From: the human T2T-CHM13v2.0 reference genome, Homo sapiens
Assembly (NCBI RefSeq): GCF_009914755.1
Contig: NC_060931.1
Reading direction: 5' to 3' (one strand)
Length of the DNA: 64,000 nucleotides
The stretch's first letter is position 1. The number at the start of each line of letters is the position of its first letter. Shown here one piece after another: positions 11,896-24,370 of the stretch. The position numbers and the translations under genes were made by a program. The notes beneath the pieces were generated by a model. It was not told the origin of the DNA. It worked only from the letters and a program-made list of their open reading frames with translations, and did no database searches.

Positions 11896-14484
11896 TCATT
11901 GCTCTTAGTATATTTCCTCCCTACCTCCTTAACTTTGACCATTGACAAATTTTTCTCTCTTAAGAAGTCTTGAGGCAGTGCACTCGGGCATAACTCCCTT
12001 CCTTGTGATACATCCACGTCTTTGTGAATGATGAATGGAACGTTGCTCACTTGTTAGTAATTCCAACAGACAAAGACGTGGCCTGAGACTGCCCCTCACC
12101 TGCTCTATAATGGCTTCTTGCAGCCTGCTTTCCTCCCTCCAGCGCTGCCGTTAGAGCCTGAGGGGTCCAAGGGAGTCAGTCTGCCCCCGTGAGTCTTCAT
12201 GTGGTGTAGATGATGTCAGGGTCAGAAACTGACATTCAACACGAGCTGAGGCCCATGGTCCCAAAAATGTGTGTGAGCTGTAGTTGTCCAAAGACGTGAG
12301 AGGACAAGAGGCTTGAGTCAGGGAAGGCCGACGGAGAAGAAAGCCTGGAAGGAGAGGAGGATCCGGGGTGAAGAAGAGAGGAATGGGGAGAACCTTCCCG
12401 GTGCGATCACTGCAGAGGAACAGAGGCCGCCATGGGAAACACCTGCAGGGAGCATCAGAGAGGAGCTGAAAGTGCTCAGGTATCAAAAGAAGGCAGAAGA
12501 AAGAGCAGCAAAAAGGAGAGAAAAGTCAACATAAAAATTTAACACGGGTCCCTTCTGCTGACAGAAGCCTTCCCAGTGCCTATTGCGGCCACCTTCCTAA
12601 TGTGACCTCAGATCCAAATTTAGAAACAGCCTCTGTTCCCTCCGCTCCCAAACTGTTTTTTCTGCTTGCCCTGCATTCATTTCTTGGAAGTTTTTTAAGT
12701 ATATAAGAGCCCAGGTTGGCCAGGGCAGGGGTTAGGGAAGCAAAGGAACTGGAAACCTGTGTCCGCTGAATTGCAGAGCAGGAATAAGGGACTCTGCAGA
12801 AAAGAGCATGACAAAGAGCCGCGGATACAAGCGAGGGTAGCAGGAGAAAGAGCTAAGAAGGCAGAGGTTAGTTGTTTGATCGTGCACTTGGGGAAGGTGG
12901 AGGGAGAAGGGGCCGTGAAGAGATGGAACGGACTGGCAGAGGAGATTTGTGTGGGGAAAAGGAGACAGAGGGGACAGGAAGAAGGGGACAGAAGAGTAAA
13001 GAGCCTGGAAGGGCCAGGGAACCCTGCCTGCCATGGTCCTCCCCCACTTCCTCCCACACACCCTGATGCACCTGTGACTGCCCTGGCACCTCAGCAGCTT
13101 CAGAACAGGGAAAGGAGGAGAACACGGGTTTCACAGGAGGAGAAGCAAGGAGGACCCAGGGAGCTGGGGTGCCCTGTGATTCTCAACCCTGTCCACATGA
13201 TCTGACCTGGGGGATGAGAGCTTATTAGATCCAACTTGAGTTGACAACAAAGAACTTCTGGAGCCTTTCAGGCCCTTTTGAAACAGGCAGATCTTCTCTG
13301 CAGTCATGTCTAATGCAGCAAAGAAAACAACAGTGTCCCCTGCAGGTGCAGGGACTTCTGGCCTGAGACAGCAGAATAATCGCTCCTGGAGTGGGAAGGT
13401 TGGCTTGTGTATTGTGCGCGGCCATCAGCAGCATCTCATTTCAGACTCTCTCATATCCCCGGAATGTCCCGGGGTTACCGAAAAGGCCCCATTCTCCTTC
13501 CACCTGCCTTCTCCTGCTGCTAGAAACCAGGATTTTTGACTATTGTCCCTGCATCCCCACATGTCACCCAGAGGCAGCCTTAGGCCCCCTGTCCTGGGCC
13601 ACCCTTGGCATAACTGGAGTAGACCCGGGTGCCTACCACAGCCTCCTTTTCCTCAAGGGCAGCTGCCCTCTCGGTGCCCTGCTCACTGTGAGCAAATACA
13701 TATTTAAAGACATATTCTGCTACTTCCCAAAGGGACCAGCCACCACCTGCACTCCTCGTCCTGGTGGAAACAGTCTGAGTGCTTGCTTTGGTAATCACAG
13801 GTTTCATTGAGTGCAGATGTAGTGATCCTGGCAAAACCCTGGAAACAGAAAGTCAGCTGAAGGGGTGTTTCTGGAGATGAGGAATTGTGCTGGTTAGCCA
13901 CGGGCATGTCCTGAGGATAATTATTTGTTTACAACATTTCTGTGAACAAAGAACATATAGGGACAGAAATAAGTTAGTTTCCAAGAATCTTGTGATGGGC
14001 TCCATTTATCTGACCCATTGGGTTTGTAGAAGAGGACAGAATGCTGCTTTGGTTCTCCTCCTTGGACAGTGGAACTAGAGAACGGGAAGCTGAGATGGCC
14101 GAGCTGAGTGGACAGAGGAGGGAGGAAGCCCCTCACCTCGCCTGCTTCCCACAGGGTCCCTTCCTCCTCCTCCTGTTTCCTAAGCTTCTCAGCTGGGCTT
14201 CAGATGTCAAGGTTTCCTGGCTTCTGCCACTTCACCTTCTCATCTTAGCTGCCACTGGACCATAAGCATTTCAGGTTGCTCAGATCTCTCCCACCGCAAA
14301 ATAAAGCAAAGACAAAAAAGTTCTCTCTCTCTCAACCCATACCCATGTCCTCCTCTGGTTTTTCCCTTCACAGTCAAATGACTAAAGAAAGAAGCAGCTG
14401 CACTCACCTCTCTGTCCCCTCCCCACTCACTCTTCCGTGTGTCTCCCACAGAGTGGAATGAGTGCTCAGGGCTCAGCCACCCAG

Positions 14485-14559
14485 CCCCTGGGGAACAGTA
14501 TGAGTGTCTTCCCCATGTTATACCCCCGGGGGAAGGTATGAGTGTCTTCCCCATGTTAT
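14485..14559. repeat. 38-39-bp tandem duplication
   Basis: gtatgagtgtcttccccatgttat at 14498-14521 and 14536-14559. Confidence 0.9.
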
Positions 14560-14769
14560 CCATTAGGAGACGGGCTTTGGGAGATTGCAAGGTTTCTGCA
14601 GTGCCAGGGATGGAGGGCTGTGGTTCCAGGTATTCCTCTCTGCAAACACCTGCTCTTGATGGGGGCTCTGCTGCCCCTGAGCCCACTGGTAACTGTACTT
14701 GGCCCCCACCACACAGCAAAACTCTCACCCATCTTACCAGCAGTCTTCTCGCCCTGGAATTCACTGGTG

Positions 14770-14952
14770 CCTGTTTTAGGCTGCCTGGGCTGCCATAGCA
14801 AAATACCACAGACTGGGCAGCTTAAACAACAGACGTGTGTATCTCAGAGTTCTGGAGGCTGGAAGTACAAGGTCAAGGTGCCAGCAGGTCGGTTTCTGGT
14901 GACGGCTCACCTCTTGTGTAATTTTGGGTGGACACAAACATTCGGTCTATGT
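14770..14952 (-). mobile_element. MLT1A-like LTR, internally deleted
   Basis: gggctgccatagcaaaataccacagactggg...ttctggaggctggaagt...ggacacaaacattc. Confidence 0.8.
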
Positions 14953-15819
14953 GCCAATCTCCTCAGGCCTCCTGTGGCAGAATTTGAGGCCGCTCACCCC
15001 TCCCTCTTCCTCAGTCCTTGGTTCCACAGGCCCTGGCTGCCCTCTGGCTGCCTCCTGGCCACTTAGGAGGTCCTCAGGTGCTCAGACTTGATTGGATTTC
15101 CCAGTCCCACCCAAGGTCATCTTCTCTTCTCTTGCGCACTCACCCTGGGCAACTTAACCTACTACGGCAACTACTGCATCGGCTGCTGCCACCCAAAACG
15201 CGATACACTGAGTGGTGGCAGAAGCCTCCCCAGGAAGCCTGTTAGAAACACTGACTCGGGACCCAGCCCACACCCTGATCAGTCAGAAGCGTCGCGTGGA
15301 GGAGATCTGCATATGATTCGTGCGCACACTGCTGAGACACATGAACCTCAACAACAAGGCTCCCGCATCACATCTCTGTTCTGGACCTCTGACTCGGGTG
15401 TCAGACCTGTGTGCTGCTGTCTCCGGGGAACGTAGAGGGCCCTCAGACACAGTGTGTGCAACTGATCTCATCCGTTTAATCCCACGTTGGCCCCACGTCC
15501 TGCCTGCAACATCAGCACTTTAGGAAAAACACCATTGTCCCCTCCTTACCAGGACCCTGGCTAGAGACCTTCTGTCTCCCTGGCCCAGGCAGCATCGCCA
15601 TCCCCCTGCCTTTGGGATATGTCCCTTCCACTTCCCCATTGCCACTGCCCAGTTCAGCCCACCTTACCTGTTATCTAAAAAACCACCTCTGCCTCCAGGG
15701 CCTCTTTGCCTCAGCCTCCCCGCCCCACACTTCTTCAATCTGTGCTGGCCACGCTGCCTTCAGGGTGACCTTTCTCAGTGCCAATCAGGTAACTCATTCC
15801 CAATCTGCACCTCTTCCCT

Positions 15820-16020
15820 AACCCCCTTGCTGTCCCACCTGCTCCTTCCCTCTCACCTCTGGGCCTTTGCAGGCGCTGTTCCCTCTGCTGGGAGCACCTG
15901 CCTCCTCCACTGACCTCACAGTTCTCCCACGCCCTTCCAGCCTCTTCAGCAGCAGGCCTTGGACTCCACAGGAGTGGGCTCCCATACCCGTGCACACCCA
16001 CGGGGACCACAGCACTGCTG
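15820..16020 (-). mobile_element. L2 fragment
   Basis: cctctgggcctttgcaggcgctgttccctctgctgggagc is a typical L2 motif. Confidence 0.55.
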
Positions 16021-16509
16021 ACAGTTTTCCGATTTCCTGCCTATGAGTCCCCGCACTCCAAGGGACTTTGAGATGCTTAAAGGTGGCTTGGGACATGGCT
16101 GATCCACAATAGAGCCTCGAGAAATATCCGACCCATTGCAAAATGGACCGTCCCCCACCCCCATGCGGTTTCAGGGCCGCTCCCAGGCTGTGAGTGTTTA
16201 TGTGAAAGGAGTGTTTGCCACGTCGCTCGGGACGCCCATCCTGGCAATGAGCAGCTGCAGCTTCCAGGATTTTACCTTCTTAAATGCACTTCTGTTAAGC
16301 TGTGCATGTAAGAGGTCTGTTCTGTTGAAATATTTCCCAGAGACTTTCATACTAAGGAGGGCTTTATTGTTATAAATATTTAAACCTGCTTTGCAGCCAG
16401 TCGCTACGATTACTCAGCTCAGAAAGCATGCACAAAGCCTGCCTCTAGTGGACGATCCTGTGCTATTCATCGGCCTCTCATTTTAAATGTCTTCCTGATT
16501 TCAATTTAA

Positions 16510-16800
16510 AAGCGTATCTTTATATAACATATACAATTTAACTTTTTCTTTTTAAAAATATGTATAGCTAGTTTTTGTTGTGCAATTCTATGAGCTTTAA
16601 GACCTGGATAGACTTTTGTAACCATCACCACAAATTGGGATATGGAACAGCCCCATCACCCCAAAAAACTCCCCCTGCTCTGCTTCCTTCAGGGCAAGCC
16701 CTCCCTCCACCCCTAGTCCCTGGCAGCCACAGACCTGTCTACAGTCTCTGTAGTTTAGCCTTTTCTAGAAGGTCATATAAATGGCATCAAGCAGTATATA
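16510..16800 (-). mobile_element. Old L1 (L1MC/ME) 3'-end fragment
   Basis: tgtaaccatcaccacaa...ccatcaccccaaaaaactcc...cttttctagaaggtcatataaatgg. Confidence 0.75.
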
Positions 16801-17127
16801 AAGACTAGCTTCAAAGTGGAGAAAACTTTAGGCCTCTAAGGCATTTTAATGCCCGCATAGTCTTCGTCTTTAGGGTAATTTTGCTCTAAAAACGTTTTTG
16901 CTGTTTTGGTGAAATATGTAATACTAGGATAGACTATGGAAGATGTGCTTACTGAGTTCTTACCCTCAATGTCAAAAACCCAACAGACTTTCATTACTGC
17001 ATCCCCTCTGTACAGGATCAAAGTGTCCACCCTTAGAAAGTCTGATGAGACAGAGAAGAATGACTTGCTAGGATCAAGAAAGACAGGCTGAGTGAGCAGT
17101 GTCCTGGCCTGAAGCCTCTGAGCACTG

Positions 17128-17469
17128 CGGTTGTCCCTCAGCACCCCTGGGGAGTGGTTACCAGAACCCCCGTGGGTACCAAACTCCACAGAAGCTCAAG
17201 CGCCTTAGGTAAAATAGTGTAGTATTTCCCTATAACCTACACACATCCTTCCGTGTACTTGAAATCATCTCTAGGTTACTTGTAGAATCAAATACAATGT
17301 AAATGCTATGTAAAAAGTTGTTCTACTGTATTGCTTAGGAAATAATGACAAGAAAAAATCTGCACATGTTCAGTACAGATGCACCCATCCTTTTCTTTCT
17401 TCCCGAATCTTTTTGATCCTTGGTGGTTGAATTTGTGGATACAGATCTCACAATACTCAGGGCCGACTG
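17128..17469. mobile_element. MER2 (TcMar-Tigger MITE)
   Basis: Terminal c[g]gttgtccctc / cagggccgactg + TA; internal aatacaatgtaaatgctatgtaaa. Confidence 0.8.
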
Positions 17470-17829
17470 TAATTCTGAAGGAGGGGGCTTTGGGGCGGGA
17501 GCCTACAGGAAGCTGGAGGCAGGGCACTGGGGACTTGAAAGTGAAAAAGTCAGTCATGAGCATGGGAGAAAGGAGAGGAAGGCAGGGGAAGGCACTCCAG
17601 ATGAAAGAACCCCCTAAGTGCAGGCTTGAGGTGGGATGGCACAGTGAGGGCAGGAGAGGGATGATAGATGGTCCACCTGGAGCACAGTATATGCAGTGGA
17701 GGGGCAAGCAGGCAGGCCAAGGTGGGGCTGAGTGTCTGGAGTTGACCCTCGTTGCCACCGTCTTGGAGGGAGCTGAATGGTTCCAGAGTAGAGGCTGATG
17801 CCACGTGACCAGGTGAGGTGTCTTGTTGA

Positions 17830-17909
17830 GACCGGGCACAGTGATTCATGCCCATAATCTCAGCACTTTAGGAGGCTGAGGCAGGAGGATTATTTGACCT
17901 TAAAAAAAA
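17830..17909 (+). mobile_element. Alu left-monomer/FLAM fragment
   Basis: gggcacagtgattcatgcccataatctcagcactttaggaggctgagg. Confidence 0.8.
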
Positions 17910-18329
17910 TTGTTCTGTTGAACTTATTGCCTTGAGACAGAGGAGCTTTCCCAGGATGGCCATTTCCTACCTGCCGGCCTCAGCTCCCATCGCCTGCCCT
18001 TATGCCCACTAAACGCGCTTGTCCAATCTCATGGTTAAGGAGCCACGGGTTATGGTTTTGGCCCCATAGATGAGGGAGAAATTTGCTGGAGGGCCTGTGG
18101 GAGTCTTTGGCTCTCTTGCAAGAGGAATACAGAGTTGGCCTTTCTCTTCCCCACTGTCCTTGCCTTCATGAAGCTGTGCTGCCCAGGCTGTCACGGTGGG
18201 ACACGGAGCCCAGCCCCTGATGGCACCATCCATGTGTTGCTCTCGATCCCTGTTCTCTAGATTAGCTAAGCCAGAAAAATTAGCCTGATTTGTCTAAGCG
18301 TCTGCCCATCGGGTTTTCCCTTACTTGCC

Positions 18330-18620
18330 ACTAAACGAGTCCTGAGTGGCTTTGCTCGTGCTGTTTCCTCCACCTGGATCTCCTTCTCTACCTTGTCCAG
18401 CTGGTGATCTCTTCCATCCAGAAATTTAACTTCAGTCTGAGTGAGCACCTCCCCAGATACCCCAGGCATCAAACACAATCATTGCTTACAGGGCTGTGTC
18501 CCTCATCAAGGAGCTGTGAGCCCCTCATGAGCAGGAACTGCTCCTTACTTCTCTTTGCACCTGGAAGGTCATAAATGATCAGCAAATATTCGTTGGATAA
18601 ATGAAAGAACAAATGAATTC
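18330..18620 (-). mobile_element. L2 fragment
   Basis: ctttgctcgtgctgtttcctccacctgg...tgtgagcccctcatgagcagg...aaatattcgttggataaatgaa. Confidence 0.6.
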
Positions 18621-19493
18621 CATAGAAACAAGCAAGGGAAAAATGGGAAATGATTTCATCAATTCTTGCTAAGTCACAGGCTTTCTTCCTTCACAAAAGG
18701 ATGCGCAAGAGAGTTGAGGATCTTGAGTCTGACAAGCAGAGAGGTGCTTCTTGTTGTATTTATCAAAGCTTCGCTATTAATCCCTGCAGGGTCAGTGAAC
18801 GCATGTCAGCTCTGCACTCAGTCCTGCTGCACTTCGGTGGACTCTCACCAGAGGTCAAAGGCTATCAGCTCACTCCTTTTGTCTGACCAATGCCTTGGGT
18901 GGCTGCTCTCATCCTGACTTGAGCTAAATTGGGTGATCTGCCTGGAGACTTAGAACCTTATTCCTCCCCCCAACCATTCCCACTGCCTTTGCCTTGATCT
19001 GGACTCTTCTCTCCTCTTGCCAGGACCAATGCTGCCGCTTTCCACCTGTCCTTCCCTCCTGTGCATCCCACACAGCCTGCAGCTAAGCATGGTTCTGAGC
19101 AAGACACAGCTTCATGCAAAATATTGTACCTCTGCTTGAAGACCCAATGTGAACATTGCCCATTGATTTTTGTTTCTCGATCCCCAACTTCCCATGCCCC
19201 AAAATAGCATCCTGGGACCATAGAAATGGAATTGAGCTTTCTAAAATGATTCTGCCCATCTCCCACTTTACAGATGAAGAAAGTGAAGTCCAGGAAGTTG
19301 ACATTGCCTCATTCAAAATCATGTGACTCATTAGCAGTAAGTCAAGCCTGTAGCCCAGCTTGTCACCAGGGCTGTTTTCTTCATTACATCACCATGTCTC
19401 TTCCTCTTCACTGCCTGCGTGACTATGTCTCGGCAGTCAATGGATACAGCACAGCATTGCCAGCTTGCCATGTACAAGGGGGACCTGTTTCAG

Positions 19494-19708
19494 ATATTCC
19501 ATGGAGACCCTGGCTGGAGGATTGCAGGAGAGTCCCAGGAGGCAGGACTGCCAATGGCACCAGGCTTCGCAGCCATGCACCTGCAGCCCTCAGGCAGCAC
19601 TGTCCATTGTCATACGAGTGTGGCAGGTGTGAGGCATCGCATCTGCTCACCCCGGGGATAATGCACAGCAGCTACAGGCAGATTTCGGGCCAGAGAGCAA
19701 CCGAGTGA
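19494..19708 (+). CDS. CRADD: Coding part of an alternative terminal exon, phase-1 entry: (G)AT ATT CCA... = DIPWRPWLEDCRR...ISGQRATE*, 71 aa. Likely the C-terminus of a CARD-only CRADD/RAIDD isoform.
   Basis: Seen: acceptor CAG at 19491-19493, open frame (within ORF 19274..19708) to TGA at 19706-19708, and a downstream polyA signal. Recalled, not verified: CRADD exon 2 ends in phase 1 after codon 99, and a distal alternative last exon gives a ~170-aa isoform. 99+71=170 fits. Confidence 0.6.
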
Positions 19709-20255
19709 GCCTTGCAGCCTCTGCTGCCAGCACAGGCTTGTTCCTTCAACACTGGTGGAGAGAGACACGCTGTCATCAGGCCCAAGAAATACTGCCTTCC
19801 CCATCCTATCCCTGGTCACTGGGTGCCCGCAGAGTGTCCCAGAGGAGGGAGGGAGGGACCCTCCACTGGTTCAAATGGCCTGTTCTCAGAGATGCAGCAA
19901 TGGACCCTCGTGAATACTGAACTGATAATCATGGGAAGGAGACTGGCTCTCCTGGATTCCCTCATGATTCCTCTGAGTGACAATGTGATGTTGGCCGACT
20001 GTGTCTTCTTCAGAATATCATATACACTTGAGGTCTCCAGGAGCCTCCAATTACATTATTTTCCTGGCTCATACAGTGACAAGTAATTCTTATCCTGGAT
20101 TCCTCGTTACTGAGACTTTTCTTGCCTTTTTTGTTAGCTTATGATTTATTCTAGGACTTCCTCCAACAGGTTATACTTAACTGTCTACCTCAGTCTCTGG
20201 AAGTTTTAAAAATGTTCAGCTAAATAAAAGAAGTAGATTCTCCCTGGAAACCAAA
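19709..20255 (+). other. CRADD: 3' UTR of the terminal exon
   Basis: Repeat-free sequence between the stop codon and AATAAA; the 3' end is approximate. Confidence 0.55.
20223..20228 (+). terminator. Canonical polyadenylation signal AATAAA
   Basis: AATAAA at 20223-20228, followed by U-rich sequence from ~20280. Confidence 0.6.
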
Positions 20256-21124
20256 TACCTATGGGCCTCACTGAATTAATAATTTATTTATTTCTAAAAA
20301 AAGGTTTTATTAATTAAGTCAAAATTTCATTGTAATTTTAAAATAATCTTGTGGTCTTTCTCCATGTGTCTGAAGCTTTTAATCACTCTTATTGTCCTGT
20401 GAATTCTGATATGCAGTTACCTGCTAGCTTAGTGGGTAAACATTTTCTCTATTAATGAGCAGGAGGCTTATTAAACTGTGACAGTTTAGACTATTCTTTC
20501 AAGGCCATTGATCAGTGAAAAAACAGAATCTGGATGCTAAAAACTGTGCCCATGTGAATTAATTTACCCCCATCTTTCCCTGAGCCATCACCTGAGTATT
20601 TGTTCCTAGGTTTGTTGGCTGCATTTGCTTAATTTTTATCTTGTGATTTCATTGAGAGGTGTAGTTGAGTGGGTGTACTTACAGCTTCTGTTCCTGTTTG
20701 AAATATCATTTGGAAACCTGATCACACCCTGCACAAGTATGCTTGTGAGGCATACTAATTCAATACCATTTGAGCAGGTGCCTCCTAACGCTGCCCTCCT
20801 CAACCTTTCTCAGCATGAATGTACGCTTTTTCATGTGCTGATTTTAACATAATCTTTGGTTCACAGTAACAGAGAATTTTGTTTGAAAAAATTCAGGGAT
20901 TGAAGGGATATTGACATGTACCTAGTCACCATCTATCACTCCATCTCAGGAGCAAGTGTTCCTTGCTCTCGTGACTTTGTCCTGGTGACACAGAATTCAT
21001 CCTTGTAGACCACTTACTTTCTTCCCAGGCTGGGCAGTTCTGGCTTTTGCAAAGTTCTTCATCAGCTAATTTAAGTCTGCTTTTTAAAACTTCCCATCTG
21101 CTGAATCTCATTCCACCTTTTATG

Positions 21125-21333
21125 CGGCAGTGTCCACTGCGCTTTCTGCAGTGACGGAAATGGTCTACAGCTGCACTGGCCAAGATGGTAGCATTACCCA
21201 CACGTGGCTCTTGAGCATGGGGAATGTGGCTGGTCTGACAAAGGAACTCAATTTGTAGTTTTCTTTAATTGTAATCAACTTAAAATTACATAGGCCATAT
21301 GTAGCTAGTGGCTACCCTATTGGGCAGTACAGT
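21125..21333. mobile_element. MER3 (hAT-Charlie)
   Basis: cacgtggctcttgagca...aatgtggct...tgtagctagtggctaccctattgggcagtacag. Confidence 0.75.
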
Positions 21334-22160
21334 TCTAAAGCAATGCTGAATATTTAACGACCTTCAGATATTTGCAGACAGCTCTCCTATCCACATCTTT
21401 AGCCTTCTTTGGCCCAGCCGAACAAGTGTTTCAGATCATGCCTCTGGACTCCTTTCTGTCTCCGGACTTCGTAACAGCATGGTCACCCTTCATTCACCTC
21501 ATTAGATATCTGAAGTAATGACGGAAGTAATCGATTGAGTAAATTAGTGAATGAATATGTGATTTTAATTCTTCACATAAACCTCATCCTAGCTAATCCT
21601 CTTGTCTTCTTTATAAGCTGAGGTTTTTGGTTTTATGACTGTGGATGGGAAGAGGGGATGCAGAGGATAGGACCAAGCAAGGTCGTATTTTCTTTAATAA
21701 CCACATCCCCACCTGTTTCCCAGTTGGGAAAAACACAAACCGATTTGCTCTCGGGTACCACTAGTTTATTATAATAAGATGTACAAAGCAAGGCAGATGA
21801 CCCTGCAGTGATAGCAGGGATGGTCACTTGTTTGGCAGAATGGCCCAGGGGAGCATCTCTAGCCGTTTCAATCCCAAGAAAGCACCTTGGGGTAGAGATG
21901 ATGCGAAACCAACCTGTACATCGAAATCTATTTTTTATTATTCAAAAATTACAACCTGGTCTTCTGAAACTTATTTTTTTATGCTTTTACATCTCCTACA
22001 GCCTTACACATAATTTCTAGTGTCTTTTTAGAACCTCTCAGTATTGTAACATTTAATGCGTTCTCAGCAGCGGGTAGGTCCGTGTTATGTTTGCATTTGA
22101 AGTAGAAGAGCTAAGCTAAAAAATATGCCTTTGTTTACTAATAAGGTAGATACTATTTTT

Positions 22161-22457
22161 TTGTTGCTGTTGTTTGATATGGAGTTTAACTCTTGTTGCC
22201 CAGGCTGGAGTGCAATGGCTCAATCGTGGCTCACTGAAACCTCCACCTCCCAGGTTCAAACGATTCTCCTGCCTCAGCCTCTCGAGTAGCTGGGATTACA
22301 GGCATGTGCCACCACACCCGGCTAATTTTGTATGTTTAGTAGAGACGGGGTTTCTCCATGTTGGTCAGGCTGGTCTCGAACTCCCGACCTCAGGTGATCC
22401 GCTCACCTTGGCCTCCCAAAGTGCTGAAATTACAGGCATGAGCCACCACGCCCAGCC
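22161..22457 (-). mobile_element. AluSp/Sq
   Basis: Full dimer; TSD gatactattttt. Confidence 0.95.
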
Positions 22458-22957
22458 GATACTATTTTTTACTCAAACCAAAAAATATATTCTGCGAGTA
22501 AGTGATCCACTGTATCTCAGCCCATAATGATGGCCTCGACAAGGAATGAGATGGCCACAGTCAGTGTCACCCACTGGACCACAGTGATGGGCGTGGTGAA
22601 CCAAGAAGTGTGGACATGGCACTGTGCTGGGTTACAGTAGTGAGGGAAGCAAGCTTAGACTAGGGAGCAAAATCAACCTGTGATGAGTTGTGCCTTCCTT
22701 TAAGCATCTTGGCATTTGTTGTTGGCATTGAGGTTATAGACCGGTGGTGCAAAGACGAGGCCACAAGGGCCACTGGAGAAGAGGGAGGAGAGCCCAATGG
22801 CTAGAATCTGGAAGGACAGCCACACGTTTCCCCCTCTGATTCTTTAATTCACCCACAACATATGCCCATGGTGAGTTCTTCAATTGCAGGCTTTTGGTAC
22901 AGGAAATGAGCTCTTGCTAGAGATTTAAGACGGAGTCAAATCATGGGTCTAGCCCTA

Positions 22958-23122
22958 ATGATGAGTAACTGATGGTGAGGATGAGAGTTGTGACAGTGCT
23001 GGTGGTCATGAGGAGGATGAGGATGATGAAGAAGAAAACAGCAGTAACAAGGACGATGATGAAAACCTGCTAATTATGGTGCTGATGCCAGGGATAATTA
23101 TGGTAGTGATAATGATCATGAT
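22958..23122. repeat. Degenerate (GAT/GGT)n low-complexity tract
   Basis: atgatgag...gaggatgaggatgatgaag...gatgatga. Confidence 0.7.
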
Positions 23123-23999
23123 CCCAGGAGGACTTACTGTCATTATTTCTCAGTGGCTTTTCTTTGGGTAGAGAGTGAGATAATTAAAGTCTGGAAGGAG
23201 ACAGGAACAGGGGGCGTGCAGTTCCTCAGATCCATGGGTCCCGCCCAGCTGCATGCTGGGAGTGAAACTATCAAGATTAAGAGCTATGCTGTTTCAGCAG
23301 CATTTCCACTGTCTAAATATAAACAGCCTCAGGCCCTGATCCAGCAGAGGAGACCACAGCTGCCAAATGCATCGCCAGCTGCAGGCCCTGGCTGGGTTTC
23401 TTTAGGGGAAAAGGCCATCCCACCATGGACAGGTTCCAAAAGGCATGAGCCTGCGAATAGAATTTGAGGTTCAAGGAATGCTAGACTGTGCGTCTGTGTT
23501 CAGGGTCACAGAGCGAGTCTGAAGGGAGCAGGATGAGGACATGGGTGCCCTGCCTCCAGGGCCTGTGCTCTCTGCTGGTACAGACAAGGGCCTGGTGAGA
23601 TGGTAGAACAGGGGCGGCTACTGCAGTGGTGCCACCTGCGTAGGAAGACGGGAATCTAGTGGGGATGGGCAGGGGCCAGGCTCCCTTTGCTTTCGCAGGC
23701 ACCCAGCTCCAGTGGCCCCTCAGTCCCAGCTACAGATGGACTTTGAGATCTGATGACAGGATCTGCTGTTATCCCACCTCTGGATCAACGGCGCCATCAT
23801 CGGTGCCCCAGCTAGCCAGCAGATGTGGGCCAGAGTAAGGCTTGACTGGTCCACATGTCCTTTCTGGCTTAAGACACTGCTTATCTTGACTCAGGGAGAG
23901 AAGGAAATGGAAGAAGAAGAAGAAAGAAGATGCATTTAAAACATATTACCAAACTAATGCCATGAACACATGAAATGTCAGCCTTTTGATTCCCTCCTG

Positions 24000-24370
24000 C
24001 CAATACGCATCCGTTTATCCAGTGCTGACTTACTCAGCCCTGAACATGCACCAGGCGCTCTCGCAGGCACAGGGAATACTGTGGTGGACAGAGCCGGGGA
24101 AGCCCCTGCGCTCGTGGATCTTACATCCTGCTGGAAAGACCGTGCATAAATAGATGTGTTTATCATGTGTCAGGCAGGACACGTGCTCCACAGGAAAGTG
24201 ACGTAAGGTAAAGGACAGGGAGCAAAGGGGAGTGTCTGGGGGAGGACGGCAGGGACGGCAGGGACGGCATGGAAGCAGTGGCCCAGCAGACGCAGGACAA
24301 GGTCCTGTGATCCGAGGAGGGGTCTCAGGGTGGAGGGACAGGGAGCAGGCCAGCGTGGCTACAGTGCATG
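24000..24370 (+). mobile_element. L2 fragment
   Basis: atgcaccaggcgctctcgcaggcacagggaatactgtggtggaca...cccctgcgctcgtggatcttacatcc. Confidence 0.6.

Noticed and set aside
12151-16375. Dense overlapping ORFs of 100-190 aa in GC-richer sequence
   Set aside because: No recognisable domains or consistent splice framing; expected in GC-rich DNA containing L2/MLT fragments.
19274-19493. Upstream part of the 144-aa ORF starting ATGAAGAAAGTG
   Set aside because: The ATG lies in a MIR-like fragment (ttttacagatgaagaaa...). Only the part after the 19493 acceptor is considered coding.
24236-24272. ggcagggac x3, G-rich, possible G-quadruplex
   Set aside because: Too few full G3 runs, and it lies within an L2 relic.
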